A stretch of 32,054 bases of DNA from Catajapyx aquilonaris (taxonomy: Eukaryota): contig KZ539582.1 of assembly GCA_000934665.2 (NCBI GenBank), positions 1 to 32,054 on the forward strand, written 5' to 3'. This document shows positions 22,406 to 32,054 of the stretch, piece after piece. The notes under the pieces are model-generated. The model was not told where the DNA came from. It searched no databases and worked only from the letters and a program-made list of their open reading frames with translations. A program made the position numbers and the translations under genes. Numbering within the stretch: position 1 is the first letter of the stretch; each line of letters opens with the position of its first letter.

Positions 22406-22741
22406 GGGGAGACGGAGTGGCGCCGCGGTAACGCGCGCGCCCACGGAAGTTAAGGTCCCGGGTTCAATCCCCACCCGGGGTTCCCACCTTCTTTCGTGCA
22501 GAGTTGGGCCATCTCTGGCTTCGTTTCGGGTGGCAATTTCCGGCAGACTAAGCCACCCGGGGGAGTTCACAAAATGACGATTAGAGACATTGCACTTGCA
22601 CTTTGCACATCCCCTCCCACCCACCCTTGGAGCATACTAATTAAGATTCTTCTTAAACTCGCTCCAAAAACAATTCCAAAGGTGGCAACCCACCTCCCCC
22701 TAAGGAGTAGTATAACTCTCCCCGTGGGGTAATGAAAAAAA
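22406..22741 (+). mobile_element. tRNA-derived SINE inserted antisense into Gypsy pol, 12-bp TSD
   Basis: A-box-like GTGGCGCCGCGGTAA, B box GGTTCAATCCC and a 3' A-tail. ATCTCCTACAAC is present at 22394-22405 and 22742-22753. Removing the SINE restores the pol reading frame. Confidence 0.92.
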
Positions 22742-22746
22742 ATCTC

Positions 22747-24320
22747 CTACAACTTCTCATCCGATGACGGGAATGAAACTACCGCCATACGAACGAATGC
22801 TTCTGTAGATTCCTCCAGTTCAGGGTCATCTGTTTGCCCTGTTGGGTGTCGGGAAAGAAAATCCGCCACCTCTAGGTCCTTTCCTGCCGTGTGGTAGATC
22901 ATAAAGGAATATCTCATCAATCGTAACCGCAGACGTTGCAATCTCGGGCTCAGATCATCCAATTGCTTGTCTGTCAAGATTGGGACCAACGGCTTTTGGT
23001 CCGTCTCTAGGAGGAAATGGCTTTCCACCAGGAAGTCCTTAAATCTTTCGCATGCCCATGTTAACGCTAGGCACTCTTTTTCTATTTGAGCGTATTTCCT
23101 CTCTGCTAGCGTCAATGTCCTAGACGCGTATACTATCACTTGCCTCTTTCCAGCTTCGTCCTTTTGGCTCAAGTATGCTCCCAGTCCGTATGAGGAAGAG
23201 TCTGCAGACACATTACTCTGCTTCGCTGGGTCATGCATTGCAAGGATCGGTTCTGCTAGCAAGGCGTCCTTCACCCACTGGAATGCCTCTTCTTGGGGTG
23301 GACCCCACTCCCAAGGAGTCTTCGCCCCTTGCAGGACGATGAGCGGCTGCACCTTTTCGGTCAGGTTTGGTAGATACCGGGCCAAGTAGTTTACCATGCC
23401 CAGAAATGACCTCACCTCTTGCACTATCTTGGGTCTGGGCAACTCCGCCATTGCTTTTACCTTCTCTTCATCTGGCTTGATGCCTTCTGCCCCAACTCGA
23501 TGGCCTAGGAATTTAACTTCTTCCCTCCCAACGGCGCACTTGTCTTTGTTCAACGTGAGGCCCCCCCTTTGTAACTTCTGTAGGACCACACGCAGGCGTT
23601 CATCGTGTTCTTCTGTATCCTTTCCCCACACCAGAATATCATCCATGTGGCAGACCACACCTTTGGCACCTCGTCTCATGTCTCATGCGACGAGAAAAGT
23701 GTTCCGGGGCAGAGGTAATTCCAAAGGGAAGTCTATTGAACCGGTACCTCCCAAATGGAGTTATGAAGGTTGTCAGGAACGAGGATTCTTTGTCCAATGG
23801 CACTTGCCAGAATCCTGCATTGGCGTCTATCTTGCTCAATACCTTAGCTCCTGCCAGCTAACCTAGGGTGTGCTCAACTGCTGGCAATGGAAACCTTTCC
23901 CTGTTGACACTCCTATTCAACTGCGATAAATCAACACATATCCTTATTTGCCCTTTTGCTTTGCGTGCTATGACCATAGGAGCACACCACTGTGTGGGCC
24001 CCGTCACTGGTGTTATCACGCCTCGTTGGACCATGTTCTCCAGTTCGGTCTTTGCTTTTTAACAAGGGTATAGGAATACGCCTGGGATTGTTTAAGGAAA
24101 AGGGCTCTGCTCCTGGTTTAAGGGCAATTTTGTACTCCCCTTCCAACTTTCCTAGTCCGGTAAACAAGGATGGGAATTCTTTCTCTGGGTTCAGGGAGGT
24201 CAGGGGTGAGGATGTGGGTTTGTTCAAGTTGGTCACTAGCGCCACTTGTTTGACTACGTCCAATACGCGCAATGCTGGTTTGCCTAGTAGAGGTGACGTA
24301 AGTCCTTTTACCACATACAC
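22747..24320 (-). pseudogene. Gypsy reverse transcriptase and RNase H
   Basis: SKIDANAGFWQVPL, TTFITPFGRYRFNRLPFGI, CHMDDILVWG, KFLGH, ADSSSYGLGA, YAQIEKECLA, ETDQKPL and VADFLSR, interrupted by stops and frameshifts. Confidence 0.95.
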
Positions 24321-24371
24321 TTCCTGCAGGGTAGTCTTTCTTCAGTTCAGCATGCATTACTCCAACAACTT

Positions 24372-25277
24372 TCAATGCTCCCTGGTCTGGCCACTTAGCT
24401 GTCTGTCAGGAATCTTCAACTGCACTCTTGCACCTCTGGACCTCTGGAGGTACACTTCCTCTGGTATGATAGTTTCATCAGCCCCTGTGTCGATACAGAA
24501 CTTTATTGACTGGCCGTTGACTTTAATGTCCGTTGTCCAGTCAGTGTACCGAAGACTTGTGGATTCTACCATCCCTATGAACCCATCCCCCTGTTCCTCT
24601 TGGGTAACTTGACACACTTGTGCCTTACTACGACACACTCTGACATAATGCCCCTTGTTACCACACTTTTTGCACTCACAGTTCACTGCTGGGCAGACCT
24701 TTTTGTCATGTTGAGACCACCCACATCTTGGACACTCTTTTGCATCTTCTTTGTACGGCGTCCACTTGGGTTTGTCTCTGCTCCCCCTGTAGGTTTTCCT
24801 CGTGGTTTCACTCCACTCTTGGACCTCTGGACTCTGTCCACTTGTCCTCCGTCATTGACCCTCAAACTGGCTTGTTGCTTCTTCGCCTCTTCTGACAGCC
24901 TGGCTTGAAGAACAGCCTTCTCCAACGTCAGCTTTCTGTCCAGCTGCAACCTCTCCGACAACTGAACATCTTTGAGTCCAACCACGAGCCTGTCTCGAAT
25001 CGTGTCGTCGTAGCTAGCTGGGAATTCACAGGACTCCGCCAATGTGTGTAGTGCAGTTACAAACTCATCCACCGTCTCTGCACTTTTCTTGCTTCTGGTA
25101 TTGACGACCTCCCTCTCGTAAATGAGGTTCTTCATTACTACAAAGTGGTCTTCCATGCGCTGTACTACAAGTCCGTAGTCCCCCTGCTCATCCTGACCCA
25201 ACTTGAACGACTGGAACACTTCCTCTGCTCGTTCACCCATAAAGTATATCAGTGCATTCACTTGTTCTGTGGCCAAT
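24372..25277 (-). pseudogene. Gypsy gag (partial), zinc knuckle and aspartic protease
   Basis: EQVNALIYFMGERAEEVF...DTIRDRLVVGL, CKKCGNKGHYVRVC (Cx2Cx4Hx4C) and FCIDTGADETII. Confidence 0.92.
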
Positions 25278-25925
25278 GTCCGGTCCCTCGCAGGTCCTCC
25301 TCGGTCTCCGTAACCCTCTGAGGCCCGGTGCAAGGGCAGCCGGCCGCCCCACCACTTCCCCCACTCTCCGACGCGAACACAGCAAGAATTTTTACGCAAA
25401 AATTGGTCCGAGCGAGGTGGAATCCGTTTACAGAACACCAGTGACGTCACCACTAAAGGTGTGGAGTATCAGAATGCGCCCTGTCGCTGACGTATCGTGA
25501 AAAAGGCAACATGACGCAATAACAGATGACGTAGTGGCGGCGTTGGGTAGGGGAGGAGGATTCGAGGGGCCCCCAGTGGGAGGTTTGTGGGTGGCGGAGG
25601 CAATCGTGGCTCTCGTCTGTCGGCCGCGCGGGGCAACTATCCGGGGGTATTTGCGGATACATTTAATTTTTTATCGAAAACGGCTGGGAAATTCGAGATT
25701 ATGAGGATTTTTGGAAAAAGTAAACCGGGGGCAAGGAATCCAACGGTATAAGTCCGAGGTCTCTGCGACGCCGGGAAGTGCGAAATCTTTTCCATCATAT
25801 ATCCTCCTCCTCCTCCTCCTCCTCGGATTGGGGCTTTATATATACTTGATGACTCGCTTTGCGAGGCGGGGGGGGGGGGCTTCCCCCCCCCACACACACA
25901 CCCCCGTGGGGCTGCGCCCCACTTG
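25278..25925 (-). mobile_element. Family A (Helitron-like) copy in reverse orientation, including a head-to-tail junction
   Basis: Reverse complement of ~4100-4705. The junction CTCGCAAAGCGAGTCATCAAGTATATATAAAGCCCC lies on the minus strand at ~25830-25865. Confidence 0.8.
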
Positions 25926-26057
25926 TGACAACCTAGGCGATGGCGGTATATCTGGTATTGCAAAGGGGTTTTTTAAAAGCACTGAAATAAGAGCGAAAAC
26001 ATTCCCTGCAGTGAAAAAAGGTAGTAAGACCTCCGTGGCGGAATGAAGGTACTGGAA

Positions 26058-26817
26058 CAGTACCCTGCATTAATGGCCATCAGCCCACGGACACTTATAC
26101 TACGTTCTGGCGTTATCAGCTGCCGAGGCATTTTGCACCGGGAGCTCACCTGAGAGCGCCAGGAGTCATTTCGGGGGCCACGACATAGTGGCGACCCTAC
26201 CGGACTACGGCTGAACTTTATAGGTACGAAGGGAGCCCAACATGGCCGCCGTTGGGCCTCCCAATGTAGCCCTCTCCTTTCGTACCTATAAAGTTCAGCC
26301 TTAGTCCGGTAGGGTCGCCACTATGTCGTGGCCCCCGAAATGACTCCTGGCCTTGCTCCTGGCGCTCTCAGGTGAGCGCCCGGTGCAAAACGCCCCGGCA
26401 GGGGGTGGGTGGGAGTGACCAGACCTTACTTATATGACCGTGATGGCCATGCACAGACATCGCCATCTGGCCAGATTGAGCGGAACTAGGCGTCTGGTGG
26501 GCTGTGTCCAAAATACTTTATGATCAAGACTGCTTACAAGTCCACTCTAGAGGGCTCAAGATATCGCGGTGGATTAACAGGCATTCGCTCGGTCCGTGTA
26601 ATAACTGGCTCACAACCTCAATACATTGATAGGAATCGCAATGGCCTTATAATTCATCCCACAGATATATCTGTGATCCATCTTCGTAGCAAGAGTTTGA
26701 ATCTACCGCTATATCTTGAGCTGTCCAAGTATTTTGGACGCACCCCACAGGCGCCTATTTCCGCTCGTTCTTGGACAGGTGGCGATGTCTGTGCATGGCC
26801 ATTAATGCAGGGTACTG
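26058..26817. mobile_element. MITE family C (CAGTACCC termini, probably Tc1/mariner-type), interrupted by family B
   Basis: CAGTACCCTGCATTAATGGCCAT...GCACAGACATCGCCA versus TGGCGATGTCTGTGCATGGCCATTAATGCAGGGTACTG. Other copies begin TA|CAGT at 29389 and 30850. Confidence 0.82.
26081..26442. mobile_element. Palindromic MITE family B with 8-bp TSD (P/hAT-type)
   Basis: ATGGCCAT|CAGCCCACGG ... TATATGACCGTG|ATGGCCAT. Confidence 0.88.
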
Positions 26818-27230
26818 AACAAGGCAGACGCACGTAAGACCTTCACCAATATTGATTTAAGCTGTACCATAGGTTTGCTCCAGCAATTCTCAAGTACTGC
26901 ATGGAACGGCTCGTACAAATAATTACTGCTGCAAACTGCTCAGAGCAGTAGGTAGAATTTTATTTTGAAAAGAAATTTTTTGGGAGAAAAACTAAACCCA
27001 TCCTAACCGACTTGGTCCAAACGAAAAAGACCCTCGAAAATCCACCAATTTACGTTTACATGTGAAATTAAACATTCCTGTTAAAATAAGCATCTAAAAG
27101 AGGTGACGATTCTGCATGAATGTTTCATGGCAATAATTCGCACCAATCGTATAGAAATTCAATGTGCTTAATATTGAAGTTCCTAATTTCATAAAACACT
27201 AATATGGAGTGGCTCACGGAAAATTAATCG

Positions 27231-27351
27231 GTGGAATTTTCGTCGTACTACTATTACTATTAACTATAGTTACTGCTAAACTTAGCAATACCATTGCACC
27301 ACACTGGCACTGCTAAGTTAGAAGTAACTAGTAGTACGACGAAAATTCCAC
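27231..27351. repeat. Short hairpin MITE-like inverted repeat
   Basis: GTGGAATTTTCGTCGTACTACTA ... TAGTAGTACGACGAAAATTCCAC. Confidence 0.8.
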
Positions 27352-27429
27352 AAATTTGTGTTCAGAAAGGAGATTTCATGAGTAGTAAATAGGTAATTGC
27401 TTGAGTAAGACCTGTGGTACAGATTAAAT

Positions 27430-28144
27430 CAATTGGTGGAGGTCCTACGTGCGCCTGCCTTGTTTCAGTACCTTCATTCCGCCACGGAGGTCTTACTACC
27501 CTTTTTTCACTGCAGGGAATGTTTTTGCTCTTATTATTTTCAAGCTATACTGAACCTAGACCACTCTGCAAGAATGCATCAATCAGTCGTTCTATCGCGT
27601 TATTTGTCGAGTGATTTGGAAGACGTCATCGACACTGTTATTAAAAGAAACGGGTTTTTTGGCCATCCTGAAAATGTCCTGATATCAATGCTGGCTGACT
27701 AGAGAAGTTACATAACGGAATTGGCCCTTCGAAGAATCCTGAAAGCGCGCAAAGTCAAACGGTCTGCTGCAACCATTGCAACGAATAATATCCGTATCTT
27801 CAAGTTACCAGAATTTGACCTTTTATTGTGCGACAGATTATGTGGACTTGATTAAGTGGGGAAATGTGACTGAGCCCCCGCTGATTGAACGATTTAATGA
27901 TGACACGATTTCAGAAGCAATGGTAAACCCAGCAATCATTCAGGCGGCCATCCTACCTACTATCAAGGAGTTTCCCTGCCACACTCAAGCTACAGAACGA
28001 GTAGTCATAATATAATTATATTCACGGAAGCATCTGCGGCTGTCTGCGGACCATGCAGAAGAGACGAATTTATCAAAAAATTGCCTGAAATCACGAAAAC
28101 CCATGCCAGTTTTCAACACCAAACGTGATTACCGTCCACTGTAA
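27430..28144 (+). pseudogene. C-terminal relic of a hAT-related (hATm-like) transposase
   Basis: SRYLSSDLEDVIDTVIKRNGFFGHPENVLISMLAD*R..ELALRRILKARK; ATDYVDLIKW..VTEPPL; FPCHTQATERV; TEASAAVCG..RRDEFI..KSRKPMPVFNTK..* (28142-28144). Confidence 0.75.
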
Positions 28145-28962
28145 TTTCGATGTCTTTTTTAGGTTTTTAAAAGTTTTATGCTAAAGAAACTGTTCAATTT
28201 ATGTTTTTTCTTGTAACCATTTAGTATGTGTCTTCTCTTTGAAATAAACATTAAAAATACTAAAATGCCTGTTTCACTTTAACAAAAATTACTTTCAATA
28301 ATATACCATAAAAATGCTCAAATACATGAACTTCAACCCGTTTGCGGCAGTGTTTAACCTTAAAATTAATTTTTTTATTCATTTTTCCCTTAATATATAG
28401 CATATACCAGGAATATTCAACTAGTTTATGACAAGGTCCAGTATTTACCTTACCTGGGTCATGGAAGGTCCGGACCCCCCCCCCCCCCGGGTAAAGTTAT
28501 GGATTTTATATGGTATCACAGGGTTATTTTTTTATAATAGAAACATGTGGAGCAAGGGTAGAAGGTACTATCAAGACAGGACATAAATTATGAAGACATT
28601 TTCGCCCTTTTATGATGTCCTGTACAGGCGCGTAGGCAGAAAAGGGGCCAATTTCCTAAGAACAAGGTGAAAAAGCCGTAGAGGGCGTGGTGCAAGCCCG
28701 CCGCAGGCGAAAATTATGTCAGGTTCAACGTCACACGAGCTTAGGTGAATGTAGGAGATTTGAATGGGTGTGTAATTGATGAAATTGGTAGCACTTTTTC
28801 CAAAAAATCATGAATTAGTAATTTCTAATGCTATTTCAAACTGTCCTGTATGCCGTCGCGGTCCGGGCAAAATTGCGTCCGGATCCGGACCGCGGTCCGC
28901 CCCCCGATATGTGGGACTCTTTCGGGAAAAATAATCGTGGGGTTTTGTTGGAAGCGCCTGAC

Positions 28963-29340
28963 CAGCCCCCGGACACTCATACTACCTTCTGCTGTTATCA
29001 CCTGCCGACGCGTTTTGCAGAAGATGCTCACTTGAGAGCGCCATGAGACATTTCAGTCTCCGGTCAAGTGGCGACCCTACCGGACTAGGCTGAACTTTAT
29101 AGGTACAAAAGGGAAGCGCTACATGCGAGCCCAAAATGGCCGCCGGCGCCCATGTTGGCTCCACCAATCTAGCGCTTCCCTTTCGTTAGTTTTGTACCTA
29201 TAAAGTTCAGCCTAGTCCGGTATGGTCGCCACTTGACCGGAGACTGAAATGTCTCATGGCGCTCTCAAGTGAGCAACTTCTGCAAAACACGTCGGCAGGG
29301 GGTGGGTGGGAGTGACCAGACCTTATCTTCTATGGCCGTG
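28963..29340. mobile_element. Palindromic MITE family B (diverged copy)
   Basis: Same structure and right end (...GGCCGTG) as 26081-26442. The flanks CGCCTGAC and GTCCTGAC match at 6 of 8 positions. Confidence 0.82.
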
Positions 29341-29388
29341 GTCCTGACCTACCCTGACCCCACGACCAAATGTTTTACTTTCATGCTA

Positions 29389-29457
29389 CAGTACCCTGCA
29401 TTAATGGCTATGCACATACATCGCCACCTGTCCGAGAACGAGCGGAATTAGGCGTCG
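29389..29457. mobile_element. Family C terminal fragment
   Basis: TA|CAGTACCCTGCATTAATGGCTATGCACATACATCGCCACCTGTCC... Confidence 0.8.
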
Positions 29458-30410
29458 CACAGTGGGGTATTTGGGTCGAAATGTTGGCCAAAATTAGTTC
29501 TGTGGGTTTGTGCTTCTAAAATGCTCTGATTCATTAATTTATGAAGTAATAGGGGAAGTAAAGTAGTTTTTGGTGACAAAAAAAGCAGGCAGTATAAGCG
29601 GCCCTTTACTGGTACAAGCCTACACATTACTGCATTTTGTAAGAAACTATTGCGGATTTCTCAGGAATCGCACCCAATTTTGGATTTTCATTGTCATATT
29701 AGTGATCAGCACATTGAAATCTTTAATAAATGTCTACTTTAATCTTAGAAGTCAGACTTTTGTCAAAATTTGTTGCCTAGTGATTATTGCAACACGTTTT
29801 CTAGATATTCAAGCTTTTTGTTAACATCTAGGCCTTGTTACTGTTGTATCAAGTCTTATAATAAATTGTCTCCATACCATGACTTTGACTCCTGATGATC
29901 CTACTTGAAAGAGATAAAAAATATTCGGAAAAAGAGGTGCAAAAATTTACGTTAACAAGCAGAGGAGAAGGGGGGGGGGGGNGGGGGGAATGAAATGGCG
30001 GGAAAAGGCGGGCCAGATTATTTTATTGCTATGAAATAGATGCCTGACTCTTCAAAATGTCGAAAAGAAAACAGTTTAGAAGTCTTTAGAAGTATAACTT
30101 AATCATGTTTGAATATTTCACATTTGCCGGAAAAAGTAGACAAATTATTGCATAATTTCGAGGACTAATAATTACTTATAGACTAGTCATATTATTGAAA
30201 TAAATTCTTTAAAATGAAGTACATACCTTCTTATGAAGCTTCCATATTGTAATAGTTCACAAATATTCTGTATAACTGAAAACAACACTAATGAATGTTT
30301 CGCTCCGTGAATTTCACTTAACATTAGCTAAATATATTACACGAACTGTCATCATCTCATCAACTTTCAACTGCTGGTACCATGGTTATAGAAGACTCAG
30401 GTTAGGTCAC

Positions 30411-30443
<33 letters not shown>

Positions 30444-30459
30444 AATCCGATCTTGNAGC

Positions 30460-30842
30460 CAGCCCACGGACTGACGGACACTTATACTACGTTCTGGCGT
30501 TATCACCTGCCGAGGCATTTTGCCGCGAGTTCTCACCTGAGACCGCCATGAGACATTTCGGAGCCACGATAAGTGGCGACCCTACCGGACTAAGGCTGAA
30601 CTTTATAGGTACGAAAGGGCGGGCTACATTGGGGGGCCCAACATGGCCGCCGGCGGCCATGTTGGGTCATCATGTAGCCCTCCCCTTTCGTACCTATAAA
30701 GTTCAGCCTTAGTCCGGTAGGGTCGCCACTTATCGTGGCTCCGAAATGTCTCATGGCGGTCTCAGGTGAGAACTCGCGGCAAAATGCCTCGGCAGGTGAT
30801 AACGCCAGAACGTAGTATAAGTGTCCGTCAGTCCGTGGGCTG
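30460..30842. mobile_element. Family B, near-perfect ~380-bp palindrome
   Basis: CAGCCCACGGACTGACGGACACTTATACTACG ... CGTAGTATAAGTGTCCGTCAGTCCGTGGGCTG. Mismatches occur only near the centre. Confidence 0.92.
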
Positions 30843-30849
30843 GCTGGTA

Positions 30850-31178
30850 CAGTACCCTGCATTAATGGCCATGCACAGACATTGCCACTTGGCCAGATTG
30901 AGCGGAACTAGGCGTCCGGTGGGCTGTGTCCAAAAATACTTTGATGATCAAAACTGCTCACGAGACCGCTCTAGACGGCTCAAGATATCGCGGTGGATTA
31001 ACAGGCATTCGCGTAGTCTGTGTAATAACTGCTTCACAACCTCATACATTGATAGGAATCGTAGTGGCCTTATAATTCACCCCACAGATATAATTATCTG
31101 TTATCCGCTGTGATCCATCTTTGTAGCAAGCGTTTGAATCTACCGCGATATCTTGAGCTGTCCAAAATACTTGGACAA
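30850..31178. mobile_element. Family C copy, right end missing
   Basis: Colinear with 26058-26080 plus 26451-26740. Confidence 0.85.
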
Positions 31179-31612
31179 AATGCACGGGTGTCGCACTCGG
31201 ATTCTTACTCTGACAGGATTTAAATAACCTATTGCGCATGTACGTTGCGTTAGGGGACCAAGGCCGGATTATTCGGAGACACTCGAGCTAAATTTTGCTT
31301 CTTTGAAACTGGCGGACCGGATGTGACGTCACGAACCTTTGAAGGCGCCGTACTCATTAAGTACGCAAAAGCGCCCAAAACTAATTGCACGTCCCTATAT
31401 TAGTTTTGCGAGTACTATCAGTCTACCTGGCGATTATCAACGCGAATTCCTTCGCCCTATAGACTGTAGAGTGTCGCAAATGGGAAGATCACCTCTACTA
31501 GAATACCAAAACATGGTTCTCAGAATTAATTTTTTTGATGGTGCAGAGCACACGTTGAAAAATTAAATTACCTTATTCATCATGCATGACACTATTGCAA
31601 TGCAAAATATTA

Positions 31613-31790
31613 CAGGGTGCCCCACTACTTACTTTACTCGGCATTTATTTAATAACTTTAACACGAATGAAGATATCACAACGAAATTTGAAGTGAACTA
31701 ACCTCATTATATGAGAAAGGAAAATAATCGCATCACAATAATTATGTGCTGGAAATGGCCACCACATGACGCTCCATATTTTGCCGTTTT
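31613..31790 (-). mobile_element. 3' end of a Tc1/mariner element
   Basis: TA|CAGGGTG terminus at 31613. The minus strand at ~31745-31765 encodes GGHFQH, like the GGHFEH C-terminus of Tc3-type transposases. Confidence 0.55.
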
Positions 31791-31901
31791 AGACGGTCCT
31801 GGCTGTTATATCTTCCTTAGTCTGTGGGTTGTTGGGTTTTTGTAGGAATAATTTGAGTCACTAAAGGAAGTATAAAATAGTTTGTATTGGGTTCTGAATA
31901 A

Positions 31902-32054
31902 AGCTGGGTTTACATGTGAGCGAAATGATCAGCGATTTGCATCGCCAGCGATGAAATCCTAACGAAAGCAGTGATTTGGGCCGAAAGTAGCAATCGCGTT
32001 TAAGAAGGCGATGACATCGCTCAAGGAGATGGCGACGACATCGCCGCTCACTTG
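31902..32054. mobile_element. PIF/Harbinger-type MITE cut by the window end
   Basis: TAA|AGCTGGGTTTACATGTGAGCG. The window ends in CGCTCACTTG, the start of the mirror TIR. Confidence 0.65.

Larger units (their letters stand above)
21510..25277 (-). mobile_element. Decayed Ty3/Gypsy LTR retrotransposon internal region (Mag-like); LTRs not seen
   Basis: Domain order is gag, CCHC, protease, RT, RNase H, integrase on the minus strand, with many stops and frameshifts. The 5' part is replaced by a family-A element, and a SINE is inserted in pol. Confidence 0.95.

Noticed and set aside
6065..22741. tRNA genes at the two A/B-box sites (6065-6260 and 22406-22741)
   Set aside because: The tRNA-like heads continue into SINE bodies bounded by direct repeats, and I could not build convincing cloverleaves.
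23620..23660. RT catalytic motif HMDD instead of YxDD
   Set aside because: As I recall, this variant is common in Mag-like Gypsy elements, and this copy is inactive.
24683..25453. 256-aa ORF as a new chimeric or domesticated gag gene
   Set aside because: Its first ~58 codons are non-coding family-A sequence beginning at a GTG, read by chance into truncated gag. The gag is frameshifted before the zinc knuckle and there is no evidence of expression.
20800..26057. LTRs of the Gypsy element
   Set aside because: No direct repeat pair, PBS or PPT could be identified on either side.
1..32054. A novel multi-gene system
   Set aside because: There is no intact non-TE ORF cluster. The identifiable content is explained by two host exons plus transposon debris, and the remaining unassigned stretches show no recognisable coding signal.

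Overview
This is eukaryotic, animal (probably arthropod; inference) genomic DNA from a draft assembly with N gaps. The only host gene supported is a PDGF/VEGF-related factor (Pvf-like) on the + strand. It is seen as two short, phase-compatible internal exons: 7673-7860 (end of the PDGF/VEGF cystine knot, F-Y-N-H-T-E-C-E-C) and 18949-19080 (Cys-rich CxCxC region), separated by an ~11 kb intron. The rest of the window appears to be intronic to this gene and is almost entirely transposon-derived. It holds a head-to-tail array of Helitron-like elements, many nested hairpin MITEs (Tc1/mariner-, hAT/P-, PIF/Harbinger-, CMC-, piggyBac-, Sola- and Academ-like ends) and two tRNA-derived SINEs with target-site duplications (TSDs). 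It also holds a decayed RTE-X-like LINE, a decayed Ty3/Gypsy gag-pol, and relics of a Helitron helicase and of Academ-like, hATm-like and Tc1/mariner transposases. Nearly all ORFs in the supplied track are spurious. I found no convincing new biological system. The most interesting items are the hidden Pvf exons, the possible effect of the dense inverted repeats on their splicing, and insertion chronologies readable from the TSDs. Superfamily labels come from terminal motifs and recalled family signatures, not from database searches.
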